A stretch of DNA of 64,000 nt, from contig JBBQZX010000002.1 of the NCBI GenBank assembly GCA_038207335.1, positions 160,001-224,000 on the forward strand. Reading direction: 5' to 3'. Positions 29,433 through 39,279 of this stretch are shown here, piece after piece. The first letter of the stretch is position 1; the number at the start of each line of letters is the position of its first letter. Source of the stretch: Chthoniobacterales bacterium. Its GTDB lineage: Bacteria; Verrucomicrobiota; Verrucomicrobiia; Chthoniobacterales; Chthoniobacteraceae. The position numbers were made by a program, and so were the translations under genes. Under the pieces are notes generated by a model. That model was not told the origin of the DNA. It searched no databases and worked only from the letters and a program-made list of their open reading frames with translations.

Positions 29433-30449
29433 ATGATCGTCGTCATCCACCCCAATACACCGCGCGAAAAAATCGACGAGGTCATCGCTGAAGTGAAAGC
29501 GCTCGGATACGATCCGCGCCCGATTTTCGGTACAGAGCAGACGATCATTGCGGCGATCGGCGACGAGCGCACGCAGCACACGCTGGAGTCGCTAAGTGTG
29601 ATGCCGCAGGTGGAAAAAGTGCTGCGTGTGCAAAAGCGCTACAAGCTCGTAAGCCGCGAATCGCATCCGGCGAATTCGATCGTGAACGTCGATGGCGTCG
29701 AGGTCGGCGGGGTGAAATTCACGATGATGGCGGGCCCATGCTCGGTGGAAAGTGAGGAGCAACTCATGAGCACCGCGCGCGCCGTGAAGGCCGCGGGCGC
29801 AACGATCCTGCGCGGCGGCGCCTACAAGCCGCGCACGTCGCCGTATGAGTTTCAGGGGCTGGGAAAAGAGGGGCTGCGGCTGCTGCAGGTTGCCAAGCAG
29901 GAGACGGGGTTGAAGATCATCACCGAGGTGCTCAGCGAAAATGACGTCGATCACGTCGCCGAGTCATCGGACATTCTGCAGGTCGGCGCGCGCAATTCGC
30001 AGAACTACCAACTGCTTATCGCGTGCGCCCGCAGCGGGAAGCCGATCCTGCTGAAACGCGGGCTCAGCGAGCGAATCGAGGAGTGGCTCCTTGCCGCCGA
30101 ATACATCCTCGCGCACGGAAATCCGAACGTGCTTTTCTGCGAGCGCGGCATCCGCACATTTGAGACTTACACGCGCAACACGCTCGATCTCTCCGCGGTG
30201 GCGATCATCAAAAAGGAGTCGCACCTGCCGGTCATCATCGACCCGAGCCAGGGCTGCGGGCGCGCCGATCTCGTCCGCGCGATGTGCGGCGGCGCAGTCG
30301 CGATGGGTGCCGACGGCCTCCTCATCGAAGTCCACCCGCATCCTGCTGAAGCACTCAGCGACGGCCAGCAACAAGTCGATTTCGACGGCTTCAGAGAGCT
30401 GATGACCGGCCTCGGGCCGCTCCTCACCGCGATGGGACGGACGGTGTAG
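29433..30449 (+). CDS. aroF: 3-deoxy-7-phosphoheptulonate (DAHP) synthase, class I-beta
   Basis: AGPCSVE, RGGAYKPRTSPY, QVGARN, LLKRG, CERGIRTF; N-terminal regulatory domain. Confidence 0.93.
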   Translation: MIVVIHPNTPREKIDEVIAEVKALGYDPRPIFGTEQTIIAAIGDERTQHTLESLSVMPQVEKVLRVQKRYKLVSRESHPANSIVNVDGVEVGGVKFTMMAGPCSVESEEQLMSTARAVKAAGATILRGGAYKPRTSPYEFQGLGKEGLRLLQVAKQETGLKIITEVLSENDVDHVAESSDILQVGARNSQNYQLLIACARSGKPILLKRGLSERIEEWLLAAEYILAHGNPNVLFCERGIRTFETYTRNTLDLSAVAIIKKESHLPVIIDPSQGCGRADLVRAMCGGAVAMGADGLLIEVHPHPAEALSDGQQQVDFDGFRELMTGLGPLLTAMGRTV

Positions 30450-30467
30450 CAGCGCGGCTTTTCGGCC

Positions 30468-31835
30468 ATGCTGAATTGGATCTGGCTCAGCTTCCTGCTC
30501 ATCGCCGTGCTTGTCGGCGGGTTCACAGGAAAGCTGCCAGCGATGACGAACGGAGCGTTCGACACCGCCAAATCGGCAGTGATGGAAATCGCGCTGCCGC
30601 TGATCGGGCTCATGGCGATTTGGCTTGGAATCATGCGGCTCGCCGAGCGATCGGGGCTTGTCCAGAACATCGCGCGCGCGCTGCGTCCGCTCATGCGCCT
30701 GCTCTTCCCCGAAGTCCCCTCGGAGCACCCGGCAATGGGCGCGATGGTGATGAACATGGCCGCCAACATGCTCGGCCTTGGCAACGCCGCGACCCCGCTC
30801 GGCCTCCGCGCGATGGAGCATCTCGAGCGACTCAACCCGCGCCCCGGCACCGCGACCAACGCGATGTGCACCTTCCTCGCGATCAACACCGCCTCGATCC
30901 AACTCGTCCCGACCACCGCGATGAGCCTGCTCGCCGTCGCCGGCTCGAAAAATCCCGCGGCAATCGTCGTCACCGCATTTCTCGCGACCTGCTGCGCCGC
31001 GTGTTCCGGCGTGCTCGCCGCGAAAGTCCTTGAACGTCTTCCGATTTTCCGCCTTTCCGCTGCCGCGGAGAAAACCGCCACTGTTTCTGCCGAAGACGCC
31101 GCTCCAATCACGCAGATGGAGATGGAGAAAATCGAGCCCACCGCGCTGACGCTCACCGGCCGCATCATCCTCGCGCTCTTCATTTTCGCCTTCGCCGGAA
31201 TGCTCGTGCTCCTCGCCTTTCCCGACGCGATCGCTGCGCTGCACGCCGGCATTTCCATGCCGCCCGCGCCGGAGATCATGAATGGCAAGCCGCCCTTCCT
31301 GCGCGTCCTCTTCTCCATCTCGATCCTCGCAGTGCCGTTCCTGCTATCGTTCTTCCCTCTCTACGCCGCGCTGCGCGGAGTGAAGGTCTATGAGCAATTC
31401 GTCGAGGGCGCGAAGGAGGCATTTGGAGTCGCGCAGCGCATCATCCCTTTCCTCGTCGCGATGCTCGTCTCCATCCGCCTCCTCCGAGATGCCGGCGTTA
31501 TCGACCTCCTCACGCGCACTCTTCAGCCCGCGCTGAACTTCATCCATTTCCCCGCCGACCTCCTGTCGATGGTGCTCATGCGTCCGCTCAGCGGCAGCGC
31601 CACGCAGGGCATCTTTGTCGAACTCATCAACCGCCTCGGCCCCGACACGCTCGTGAGCCGCATGGCCGGGACCATCTACGGCAGCACCGAGACGACCTTC
31701 TACGTCCTCGCCGTCTATTTCGGCTCCGTCGCGGTTCGCAAAACCCGCCACGCCGTCATCGCCGGCCTCACCGCCGACACCGTCGCCGTCATCGCTTCGA
31801 TCACCATCTGCAGGCTGCTCTTCCGGGGAAGTTAA
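30468..31835 (+). CDS. Fused SpmA/SpmB nucleoside-recognition-domain membrane protein
   Basis: MLNWIW, NMAANMLGLGNAATPLGLRAM, RPLSGS, STETTFYVLAVYFG. Confidence 0.88.
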   Translation: MLNWIWLSFLLIAVLVGGFTGKLPAMTNGAFDTAKSAVMEIALPLIGLMAIWLGIMRLAERSGLVQNIARALRPLMRLLFPEVPSEHPAMGAMVMNMAANMLGLGNAATPLGLRAMEHLERLNPRPGTATNAMCTFLAINTASIQLVPTTAMSLLAVAGSKNPAAIVVTAFLATCCAACSGVLAAKVLERLPIFRLSAAAEKTATVSAEDAAPITQMEMEKIEPTALTLTGRIILALFIFAFAGMLVLLAFPDAIAALHAGISMPPAPEIMNGKPPFLRVLFSISILAVPFLLSFFPLYAALRGVKVYEQFVEGAKEAFGVAQRIIPFLVAMLVSIRLLRDAGVIDLLTRTLQPALNFIHFPADLLSMVLMRPLSGSATQGIFVELINRLGPDTLVSRMAGTIYGSTETTFYVLAVYFGSVAVRKTRHAVIAGLTADTVAVIASITICRLLFRGS

Positions 31836-31920
31836 TCCGCCGGCTGGGCTTGGGCGGTAAAAATCAGACCCCTTAAAACTCTCCACCTTCGCGCCATCAC
31901 GCCTTCGCTGGTAAACACAG

Positions 31921-32805
31921 TCACGGCGCTTTTTGCGGTGCTGGTATCAACCCGGACTTCTGGAGCGAGGCCCTGCCAGTGGCGCTCTGAAAAAAATCGA
32001 AAAGTGTCTTGATCGCGTCGGCCGGATGATTTCCCGCGACCAGAAAAACCGGGCGCATAATCGGGTAATTCCCGGTCTCCACATCCGCCTCGGTTGGTTG
32101 CACCACTCGACCGTCCGGCTTCTTGATTCCCAACGCGAAAGAACTCTTCGCGTTTGCATAACGCGGCGCAATCACCGTCATCGAGCCCGCGTTAAACTCC
32201 ACCGAATCGCGCGCATCCTCCGGCGTCGGCACGATTTCGAAATCCCCGAGAGGCGCATTCCGCACCTCATCGTAGAGCCAAGTCGCAAATTCCTCCCAAG
32301 CCCCGTATCCCGACTGCGGGCGGTAAAATTTGATCTCGCGATCGTCCCCACCGACCTGCTTCCAATTCCGAATCTTTCGCTCAAAAATCCCGGTCATCTG
32401 CTCGCGGGTCAAAGTATGCACACCCGAGAGCCAGACATCCTCCGCGACGACCAGGGCGAACACCTCCGAGCCAATCCGCAACTCCTCGAATCGCCGCGAC
32501 GGAAAAGTAGCGCGGTCTTCTGCTGTCAGCGCGCGACTTGTCACGGCCACATCGACATTTTCGGCACCTACGGCAGCGATCGCCTGGCTGCTTCCCGCAC
32601 CAACGAGCATTTTCAATTCGACGCCTGTTTCCGATTTGAACTCAGACGCCGCAGCCCTGACGGGGATGGTCGCGATGACGGAACCCTGCACGCGCAGCGT
32701 GTCCGCACCGCGCGCCGATAATGTCCCAGTCAAAAGGACGGTGGCGACGAAAGCGGGAAAGCAGCTCGCCTTCCTGAAGCGGGGCATGGGGATGGAGTCA
32801 CTCAT
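31921..32805 (-). CDS. PstS-like periplasmic substrate-binding protein (PBP domain)
   Basis: LRVQGS, GAGSSQAI, DVAVTSRAL, IRNWKQVGG, YPIMRP; start uncertain. Confidence 0.75.
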   Translation of the reverse strand: MSDSIPMPRFRKASCFPAFVATVLLTGTLSARGADTLRVQGSVIATIPVRAAASEFKSETGVELKMLVGAGSSQAIAAVGAENVDVAVTSRALTAEDRATFPSRRFEELRIGSEVFALVVAEDVWLSGVHTLTREQMTGIFERKIRNWKQVGGDDREIKFYRPQSGYGAWEEFATWLYDEVRNAPLGDFEIVPTPEDARDSVEFNAGSMTVIAPRYANAKSSFALGIKKPDGRVVQPTEADVETGNYPIMRPVFLVAGNHPADAIKTLFDFFQSATGRASLQKSGLIPAPQKAP

Positions 32806-32862
32806 CAAATCCGCAAATTCTAACGATCGCCAGCCGCGCGTCGAGTTCAGGAGGTCCGTAAC

Positions 32863-32906
32863 AAAGAAAAAACCCGCGCTGCGCATCGGGGAATGCGCAG
32901 CGCGGG
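32863..32906 (-). terminator. Intrinsic terminator of rplM-rpsI
   Basis: 14-bp stem cccgcgctgcgcat/atgcgcagcgcggg with A-run on + side. Confidence 0.85.
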
Positions 32907-32946
32907 CTCGAGGAGGAAAGCCACTGGGGGGCTTTCGACAAAATGA

Positions 32947-33336
32947 TTACCGCTTCGAGAACTGGAAGCGTTTGCGCGCGCCAGGCTGACCGGGCTTCTT
33001 GCGCTCGCGCATCCGCGAGTCGCGAGTCAGCAAGCCCTCGACCTTTAAAGCACCGCGAAGCTCGGGATTCACCTCGATGAGCGCGCGGGAAATCGCGAGC
33101 CGAATCGCGCCGGCCTGGCCATTGACTCCGCCGCCGTGAGCATTCACGGACACATCAAACGCGTTCGGTGTCTTCGCGACCTCAAACGGGCTGAGCACGG
33201 TGTTCTGCAAATCGACCGTTTTGAAATACTCGTCGAACGGTTTGCCGTTCACTTCGATTTTCCCCGTGCCAGCCGACATCCGGATGCGGGCGACTGCGGT
33301 CTTGCGACGACCAGTGGTGATGAATTCTTGGGACAT
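32947..33336 (-). CDS. rpsI: 30S ribosomal protein S9
   Basis: TGRRKTAVAR...ERKKPG...ARKRFQFSKR. Confidence 0.98.
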   Translation of the reverse strand: MSQEFITTGRRKTAVARIRMSAGTGKIEVNGKPFDEYFKTVDLQNTVLSPFEVAKTPNAFDVSVNAHGGGVNGQAGAIRLAISRALIEVNPELRGALKVEGLLTRDSRMRERKKPGQPGARKRFQFSKR

Positions 33337-33350
33337 AAAAACGTGCGAAA

Positions 33351-33785
33351 CTACTTGATCTCGGCAATTGCGCGGGGTGCTTGCGCCGCGTGCGGATGAT
33401 CGGAACCGCGATAAACTTTGAGCTTCGTGAACGAAGAGCGACCGAGCCGGTTGTGGGGAAGCATCCCTTTCACAGCGTGCTCGATTAGCAATTCCGGCCG
33501 ACGCGCGCGGCGCGCCTTGAAAGTCTCGGTGTGATGCCCGCCGACGAAACCGGAGAAGCTCATGAACGTCTTGTCAGTCTCTTTCTTGCCGGTCACGCGC
33601 ACTTTTTCCGCATTTATCACGATCACGAAATCGCCGGTATCGACGTGATTGGTGACGATCGCTTTTTCTTTCCCGCGCAGCAGATTTGCGGCTTTGACAG
33701 CGACGCGCCCGAGCACTTGATCGGCAGCGTCAATGACCCACCATTGGCGGTCAACTTCGTGTGTTTTTGCGGAAAATGTCTTCAT
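33351..33785 (-). CDS. rplM: 50S ribosomal protein L13
   Basis: [33 protein letters not shown]. Confidence 0.98.
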   Translation of the reverse strand: MKTFSAKTHEVDRQWWVIDAADQVLGRVAVKAANLLRGKEKAIVTNHVDTGDFVIVINAEKVRVTGKKETDKTFMSFSGFVGGHHTETFKARRARRPELLIEHAVKGMLPHNRLGRSSFTKLKVYRGSDHPHAAQAPRAIAEIK

Positions 33786-33962
33786 GAAATCCTAGCTTTT
33801 GGTCGGAAAAGGGTGCGCAAGCTAGTGAGGTCGACAATGTGTGTCAACGGATTTATCGGAAAACCTCAACCGCTCGCAAAAGACCGTGCACACAGTATTT
33901 GCGGTCGCATTAGTTGCCTCGGGCTTGACCCCGCCCCCGCCCATCCCGACGCTCCGCCGCTC

Positions 33963-36542
33963 ATGTCGCTCCTGACCCCGGCAAAGCAGTCCGCCACACG
34001 CTGGCACGAAGTCCGCACCGCCGACGGCACGCCACGCGAAATCTACGCAAAGCTCCTCCGAGACCTCACCGAACTCGCACCTGCCGACGTGCGCGCGCTC
34101 GAAGATCGCATGGCCGCCACTCTCCGCGAAATGGGCGTCACTTTCGACATCATCCGCAATGATCCGTGGGGCCGCCGCCCTTGGACATGCGACCTGCTTC
34201 CGCAGATTTTTCTCGGCGAAGAATGGGCGCGTATCGTCCGCGGTTTTCGCCAGCGGCTGCGCGCGTTCGAGATGTTTCTCGCCGACGTTTACGGGCCCCG
34301 CGAAATCCTCCGCGCAGGCGTCGTCCCGGTGCAGACCGTTCTCGGTAGTCCGCATTATCAAAGCGCGTCGATCGGACTTCCGCGGCCCCGGAATGCTTAT
34401 CTCCACTTGAGCGGACTCTGTCTTGCTCGCGACGCACACGGCGCGCTGCAGGTGAAGCAACAGCATTTTGGACACGCCACCGGCATCTCCTACATGCTGC
34501 AAAATCGCCGCGCGCTCGCCCGCATCGCGCCCGAGTTTTTCCAGGACGAGCCGGTCCAATCGCTCGCCGAATCCTCCCTCCTCATCCTTGAGCAACTCCG
34601 CGAAGCCGCCGCGTCTTTTGGGGGCGAGCCGACCGTCGTCCTCCTCTCTCCAGGCGCAGGCAGCGCGGTATCGTTCGAGCAGAGTTTCCTCGCGCGGCGA
34701 ATGGGCATTCCGATGGTCGAGGGAGGCGACCTGCTCGTCCTCGACGACTGTGTCTTCCTCAAAACCGTGCGCGGCCTGGAGCGCGTCGAGGTCATCTGCA
34801 ATCGCGTCCCCGACTCTTATCTCGACCCTCTCGTCTTCCGCCGCGACTCACTCCTTGGCGTCCCGGGTCTCGTGCATTGCCTGCGAAAAGGGACCGTCGC
34901 GCTCGTCAATTCCGTCGGCAGCCAACTCGCCGACGACCGCACGCTGCTCGCATTTTCGCAGCAAATCATCCGTTTCTATTTAAATGAATCGTCCGTCCTC
35001 CCGACCGTGCCCACACGCTGGCTCGGCGATATCGACCAGCGCGAGGAGGTGCTGGAAAAGCTCGACCAATGGCGCATCCGGCCGGTCGTCGGCGACTGGC
35101 GTGGCGATGTCGCATCGCTCCGGAAGCAAGCACCCATCAGCGAAAGCGACCCGGCCTTCCTCGCGGAGGTTCGGAAAAATCCCGCGCGCTTCGTCGCGCA
35201 GCCGAGCGAGCAGGGCGCGGCCACGATCTGTTTTTCAAATGGCCGGCCCGTCGAATTTTCGCAAGACCACCTCGTCTTCGCGGTCCGCTCCGGCGCGGAA
35301 TTTTCAGTCCTGCCCGGCGCGCTCACTCGCGTGCATTCGAGCACCGATGCCGTTGGCGAATTCGGCGCCGGCTGGACCAGCAAAGACACGTGGATTCTTC
35401 CCGATGAGAACACCGCGCCGCTGATCCCGACCATCGGACATCGCGTGCCCGATGCCCACCTTCCGCCGCGCCAGGTCACGAGCCGCGCCGCCGAGTCATT
35501 CTATTGGATGGGCCGCTACCTCGAGCGCGCGCATCACCAAGCATACCTCATTTCCGTCGTCGAGACGCTCGAGACTGAGGAGCTAAATTCCGCCGAGCGA
35601 AAGCACTATCGCCCCATGTGGAATAAGCTCCTGCCGCCAATCGAGAAAAGCAGCGGCACGAGCCGCCGCAGCATCTCGAATCGCATCGACCGCTACCGCC
35701 TCGTCCTGCTCCCGGAGCCCGGCTCCGTCCTCACAACCTACCTCCGCGCCATCTCGAATGCCGAGTCCGTGCAGGACAGCCTCAGCCCCGAGGCATGGGC
35801 CACGCTGAACAACCTCCGCAGCCGCCTCTACCGCACCCCATTTCGCGAAGCCGTTTCCGAGCTCGAGGCCGTCCGCATCACACGCCGCGTCGCCGATTTT
35901 GCCACGCAGATCATCCCGCAGTTTTTCGCTATCGCGGCGAACACCATGCTCGCCGACGACGCTTGGCGCTTCTGCGAAATCGGAAGAATGCTCGAGCGCG
36001 CGGTGATCACCGCGAACTCCGTCCTCTCGATCAGCGGCACACTCACCTCCTCGCCCGCCGGCAATCAGATGCACAGCTCCGAGATCGAGCTCAGCGCATT
36101 CCTCCGCCTACTCGGCACGCGCGATGCCTACCGCCGCATCTACCAAATGCGCGCCACGCCCATCCACGTCCTCGAGCTACAAATCCAGCATCCGCAGGTC
36201 CCGCGCAGCCTCCGCCACTGCTTGGAAAAATGCCGCGAACTCCTGCGCGCATCCATCGCCGAGGAAACGCTCGCCTCTGCAAAAGCGCCCGCCGCGATGG
36301 ACGACCTCATCCGCGAGATCCGACGTATCGACTGGCGAAATTTCGTCGCTCTCCCGCGCGACGAAGACCCCGCGCCCGACTCCGCAAAAGCCCCGCGCCA
36401 GCCGCGTCCTGCCGAACTCGAACCCCTGCTCCTCCAGCTTCTGAACCGCACCCGCGACCTCCACACATCGATCGCCGACAGTTTCTTGAATCACCAAGCC
36501 CGCATCGCCCAAGTCACCCAGCCGCTCCTCAGCGGCCTCTAA
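33963..36542 (+). CDS. Circularly permuted type-2 ATP-grasp fused to alpha-E domain
   Basis: LARRMGIPMVEGGDL, LDPLVFRRDSLLGVPGL, SKDTW; alpha-E SRAAESFYWMGRYLERA, GRMLERA, PRSL. Confidence 0.85.
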   Translation: MSLLTPAKQSATRWHEVRTADGTPREIYAKLLRDLTELAPADVRALEDRMAATLREMGVTFDIIRNDPWGRRPWTCDLLPQIFLGEEWARIVRGFRQRLRAFEMFLADVYGPREILRAGVVPVQTVLGSPHYQSASIGLPRPRNAYLHLSGLCLARDAHGALQVKQQHFGHATGISYMLQNRRALARIAPEFFQDEPVQSLAESSLLILEQLREAAASFGGEPTVVLLSPGAGSAVSFEQSFLARRMGIPMVEGGDLLVLDDCVFLKTVRGLERVEVICNRVPDSYLDPLVFRRDSLLGVPGLVHCLRKGTVALVNSVGSQLADDRTLLAFSQQIIRFYLNESSVLPTVPTRWLGDIDQREEVLEKLDQWRIRPVVGDWRGDVASLRKQAPISESDPAFLAEVRKNPARFVAQPSEQGAATICFSNGRPVEFSQDHLVFAVRSGAEFSVLPGALTRVHSSTDAVGEFGAGWTSKDTWILPDENTAPLIPTIGHRVPDAHLPPRQVTSRAAESFYWMGRYLERAHHQAYLISVVETLETEELNSAERKHYRPMWNKLLPPIEKSSGTSRRSISNRIDRYRLVLLPEPGSVLTTYLRAISNAESVQDSLSPEAWATLNNLRSRLYRTPFREAVSELEAVRITRRVADFATQIIPQFFAIAANTMLADDAWRFCEIGRMLERAVITANSVLSISGTLTSSPAGNQMHSSEIELSAFLRLLGTRDAYRRIYQMRATPIHVLELQIQHPQVPRSLRHCLEKCRELLRASIAEETLASAKAPAAMDDLIREIRRIDWRNFVALPRDEDPAPDSAKAPRQPRPAELEPLLLQLLNRTRDLHTSIADSFLNHQARIAQVTQPLLSGL

Positions 36543-36609
36543 GTCTCGCAAAACCGGTGCGCGCAAGCATCGCTCTATTTTTAGAATCTGCCGAAATCCC
36601 AACTCTCAA

Positions 36610-38337
36610 ATGACGCCCCGCCTTTCTCCCGAGCAGCTTCGCAGCTACCGCTGGTTCGGCCCGAACGACCTCCGCAGCTTCGGCCACCGCTCCCGCGCGC
36701 GCCAGATGGGCCTTGGCCCCGAAGACTGGCAGGGAAAGCCAATCATCGCGATTTTAAATACGTGGAGCGAACTGAACCCGTGTCACCTCCACTTCAAAAT
36801 CCTCGCCGAGCATGTGAAAAAAGGCGTCCTGCAGGCCGGCGGAATGCCCGTCGAGGTGCCACTGCTTTCGCTCAGCGAGAGCTACATGAAGCCGACAACC
36901 ATGCTCTATCGCAACCTCCTCGCGATGGAGACCGAAGAGGTCATCCGCTGCCATCCGATCGACGGCTCGGTGCTGCTCGGCGCGTGCGATAAAACCACGC
37001 CCGCGCTCATCATGGGCGCCACCTCCGCAGAGCTGCCGTTCATCTTCGTCCCCGGCGGCCCGATGCTGCGCGGGAACTGGCGCGGGCAGGTCCTCGGCAG
37101 CGGCTCCGATGCGTGGAAATATTGGGACGAAAAACGCGCTGGAAATCTCAGCGAGGAGGCATGGTGCGAAATCGAGGACGGCATTGCGCGGAGCCACGGA
37201 CATTGCATGACCATGGGCACCGCCTCGACCATGACCGCCATCGCCGAGACGCTCGGCCTCACGCTCCCCGGCGCGTCGTCGATCCCTGCCGTGGACATGG
37301 CCCACTGGCGCATGGCCGCCGCATCCGGGCGGCAGATCGTCGAGAATGTCTGGGCCGATCTGCGGCCCTCGCAAATCCTCACCGTCGACGCATTTCACAA
37401 TGCGATCGTCGCCGACATGGCCGTCGGCGGCTCTACCAATGCGATCATCCACCTCATCGCGATGGCCGCCCGTGCGGGCGTAAAATTGCCCCTCGAAAAA
37501 TTCGACGAAGTCTCCCGCGAAACCCCGCGGTTGGCTGATCTCCGGCCCGCCGGCCGCTTCCTCATGGAAGACTTTTACTTTGCCGGCGGCCTCCGCGCAT
37601 TGCTCGCGCAGCTCGAAAATTCTCTTCATCGCGACACGCTCACCGTCAACGCTAAGACCCTCGGCGAAAACCTCGCGGGCGCCGAAATCCACAATCCCGA
37701 AGTCATTCGCCCGCTCACCAATCCGTGCGCGCCCGAGGGCGGCACCGCCATCCTCCGCGGCAACCTCGCGCCCAGCGGCGCCGTCATCAAACACGCCGCA
37801 ATGGAGCCGCGATTCATGCAGCACACAGGCCCAGCACTCGTCTTCACCGACTACAACGACCTCGCCGCGCGCATCGACGACCCCTCGCTCGAAGTCACCG
37901 CCGCCTCCGTCATCGTCCTCCAAAATGCCGGCCCCATCGGCGCGCCCGGGATGCCCGAGTGGGGCATGTTACCTATCCCGAAAAAACTCCTCGAAGCCGG
38001 CGTCCGCGACATGCTCCGCATTTCCGACGCCCGCATGAGCGGCACCAGCTACGGAGCGTGTGTCCTCCACATCGCCCCCGAATCCGCCATCGGTGGCCCG
38101 CTCGCATTGGTGAAAAATGGCGATCTCATCACTCTCGACATCCCCGCCCGCCGGCTCGACGTGCAGCTCAGCGACAATGAGCTCGCCGCCCGCAAAGCCT
38201 CATGGACACAGCGTCCCCGGCCCACGCGCCGTGGATACCTCTCGCTCTTTCTGAATGAAGTCACCCAAGCCGACGAAGGCTGCGACTTCAAATTCCTCCA
38301 CGCCGAAGACGCCACCGCCGAACCCGAAATCCACTGA
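36610..38337 (+). CDS. IlvD/Edd family sugar-acid dehydratase (L-arabinonate dehydratase-like)
   Basis: NPCH, CDKT, CMTMGTASTM, GGSTN, MPEWG, SDARMSGT. Confidence 0.88.
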   Translation: MTPRLSPEQLRSYRWFGPNDLRSFGHRSRARQMGLGPEDWQGKPIIAILNTWSELNPCHLHFKILAEHVKKGVLQAGGMPVEVPLLSLSESYMKPTTMLYRNLLAMETEEVIRCHPIDGSVLLGACDKTTPALIMGATSAELPFIFVPGGPMLRGNWRGQVLGSGSDAWKYWDEKRAGNLSEEAWCEIEDGIARSHGHCMTMGTASTMTAIAETLGLTLPGASSIPAVDMAHWRMAAASGRQIVENVWADLRPSQILTVDAFHNAIVADMAVGGSTNAIIHLIAMAARAGVKLPLEKFDEVSRETPRLADLRPAGRFLMEDFYFAGGLRALLAQLENSLHRDTLTVNAKTLGENLAGAEIHNPEVIRPLTNPCAPEGGTAILRGNLAPSGAVIKHAAMEPRFMQHTGPALVFTDYNDLAARIDDPSLEVTAASVIVLQNAGPIGAPGMPEWGMLPIPKKLLEAGVRDMLRISDARMSGTSYGACVLHIAPESAIGGPLALVKNGDLITLDIPARRLDVQLSDNELAARKASWTQRPRPTRRGYLSLFLNEVTQADEGCDFKFLHAEDATAEPEIH

Positions 38338-38342
38338 CCCAA

Positions 38343-39257
38343 ATGAAAACCACCTTCACTCCCAACGACCTCCAGACATCCATCATCGCCGTCCCGCCAC
38401 TCTGCCGCGACTCCGCTTTGCGCGTCGATGTCGCGGAAAATAGGCGCCTCATCCGCCACATCGAGGCCGGCGGCGTCTCGACGCTCCTCTACGGCGGCAA
38501 CGCGAATTTCTACAACATCGCCCCCACCGAATACGGCGAAACCCTCGACATCCTCGAAGCCGCCGCCGCGCAAGACACATGGGTCATCCCCTCGGTCGGC
38601 CCGTATTTCGGCACGATGATGGACCAAGCCGCGAGCCTCGCGCGCCGCAAATTTCCCACCGCGATGATCCTCCCGACCATCGCCGTCAGCTCGCCGGAAG
38701 GCGTGCGCGTCGCCGTCATGAAATTCGTCGAAAAGGCCGGCATCCCCGCCGTCCTTTACATCAAAGACGCCGGATACGTGACCCTCGAAGTCGTGAAATC
38801 CCTCGTCACCGCCGGCGTCATCTCGTGGATCAAATACGCCGTCGTCCGACCCGACCCTGCTGAAGATCCCCTGCTCCGCTCGATCGTTGAAAGCATCGAC
38901 CCCGGGCTCATCGTTAGCGGCATCGGTGAGCAGCCCGCGATCAAGCACTGGAGCGGCTTCGGCATCCGCGCCTTCACCAGCGGTTGCGTCTGTGTCGCCC
39001 CACGCCGTTCGCAAGAAATGCTCCACGCGCTGCGCTCGGGCGACCTCGACGTCGCCGAAGAGATCCGCGCCCGTTTCGAACCCCTCGAGGCACTCCGCAA
39101 CACCCACGGCCCCATCCCGGTCCTCCACCACGCTGTCGCCGCCGCCGGCATCGCCGCTACCGGGCCCGCCCTCCCCCTCCTCTCCGACCTCGACGAAGCC
39201 ACAAATACAAAAATCGCCGAAGCAGCCCGCACCACTCTCGACTGGAACGACGCATAG
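38343..39257 (+). CDS. Dihydrodipicolinate synthase family aldolase/dehydratase
   Basis: LLYGGNANFY, VLYIK, IKYAVV (Schiff-base Lys), FTSGCVC. Confidence 0.8.
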   Translation: MKTTFTPNDLQTSIIAVPPLCRDSALRVDVAENRRLIRHIEAGGVSTLLYGGNANFYNIAPTEYGETLDILEAAAAQDTWVIPSVGPYFGTMMDQAASLARRKFPTAMILPTIAVSSPEGVRVAVMKFVEKAGIPAVLYIKDAGYVTLEVVKSLVTAGVISWIKYAVVRPDPAEDPLLRSIVESIDPGLIVSGIGEQPAIKHWSGFGIRAFTSGCVCVAPRRSQEMLHALRSGDLDVAEEIRARFEPLEALRNTHGPIPVLHHAVAAAGIAATGPALPLLSDLDEATNTKIAEAARTTLDWNDA

Positions 39258-39279
39258 CCGCACGGCTTCGGGGAGCGCG

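Noticed and set aside
33531..33962. N-terminal extension of the 1003-aa ORF, and similar extensions of ORFs 56584..58314, 58433..60076, 55952..57205 and 21961..23199
   Set aside because: Extensions overlap real genes; recognisable protein begins at the later ATG
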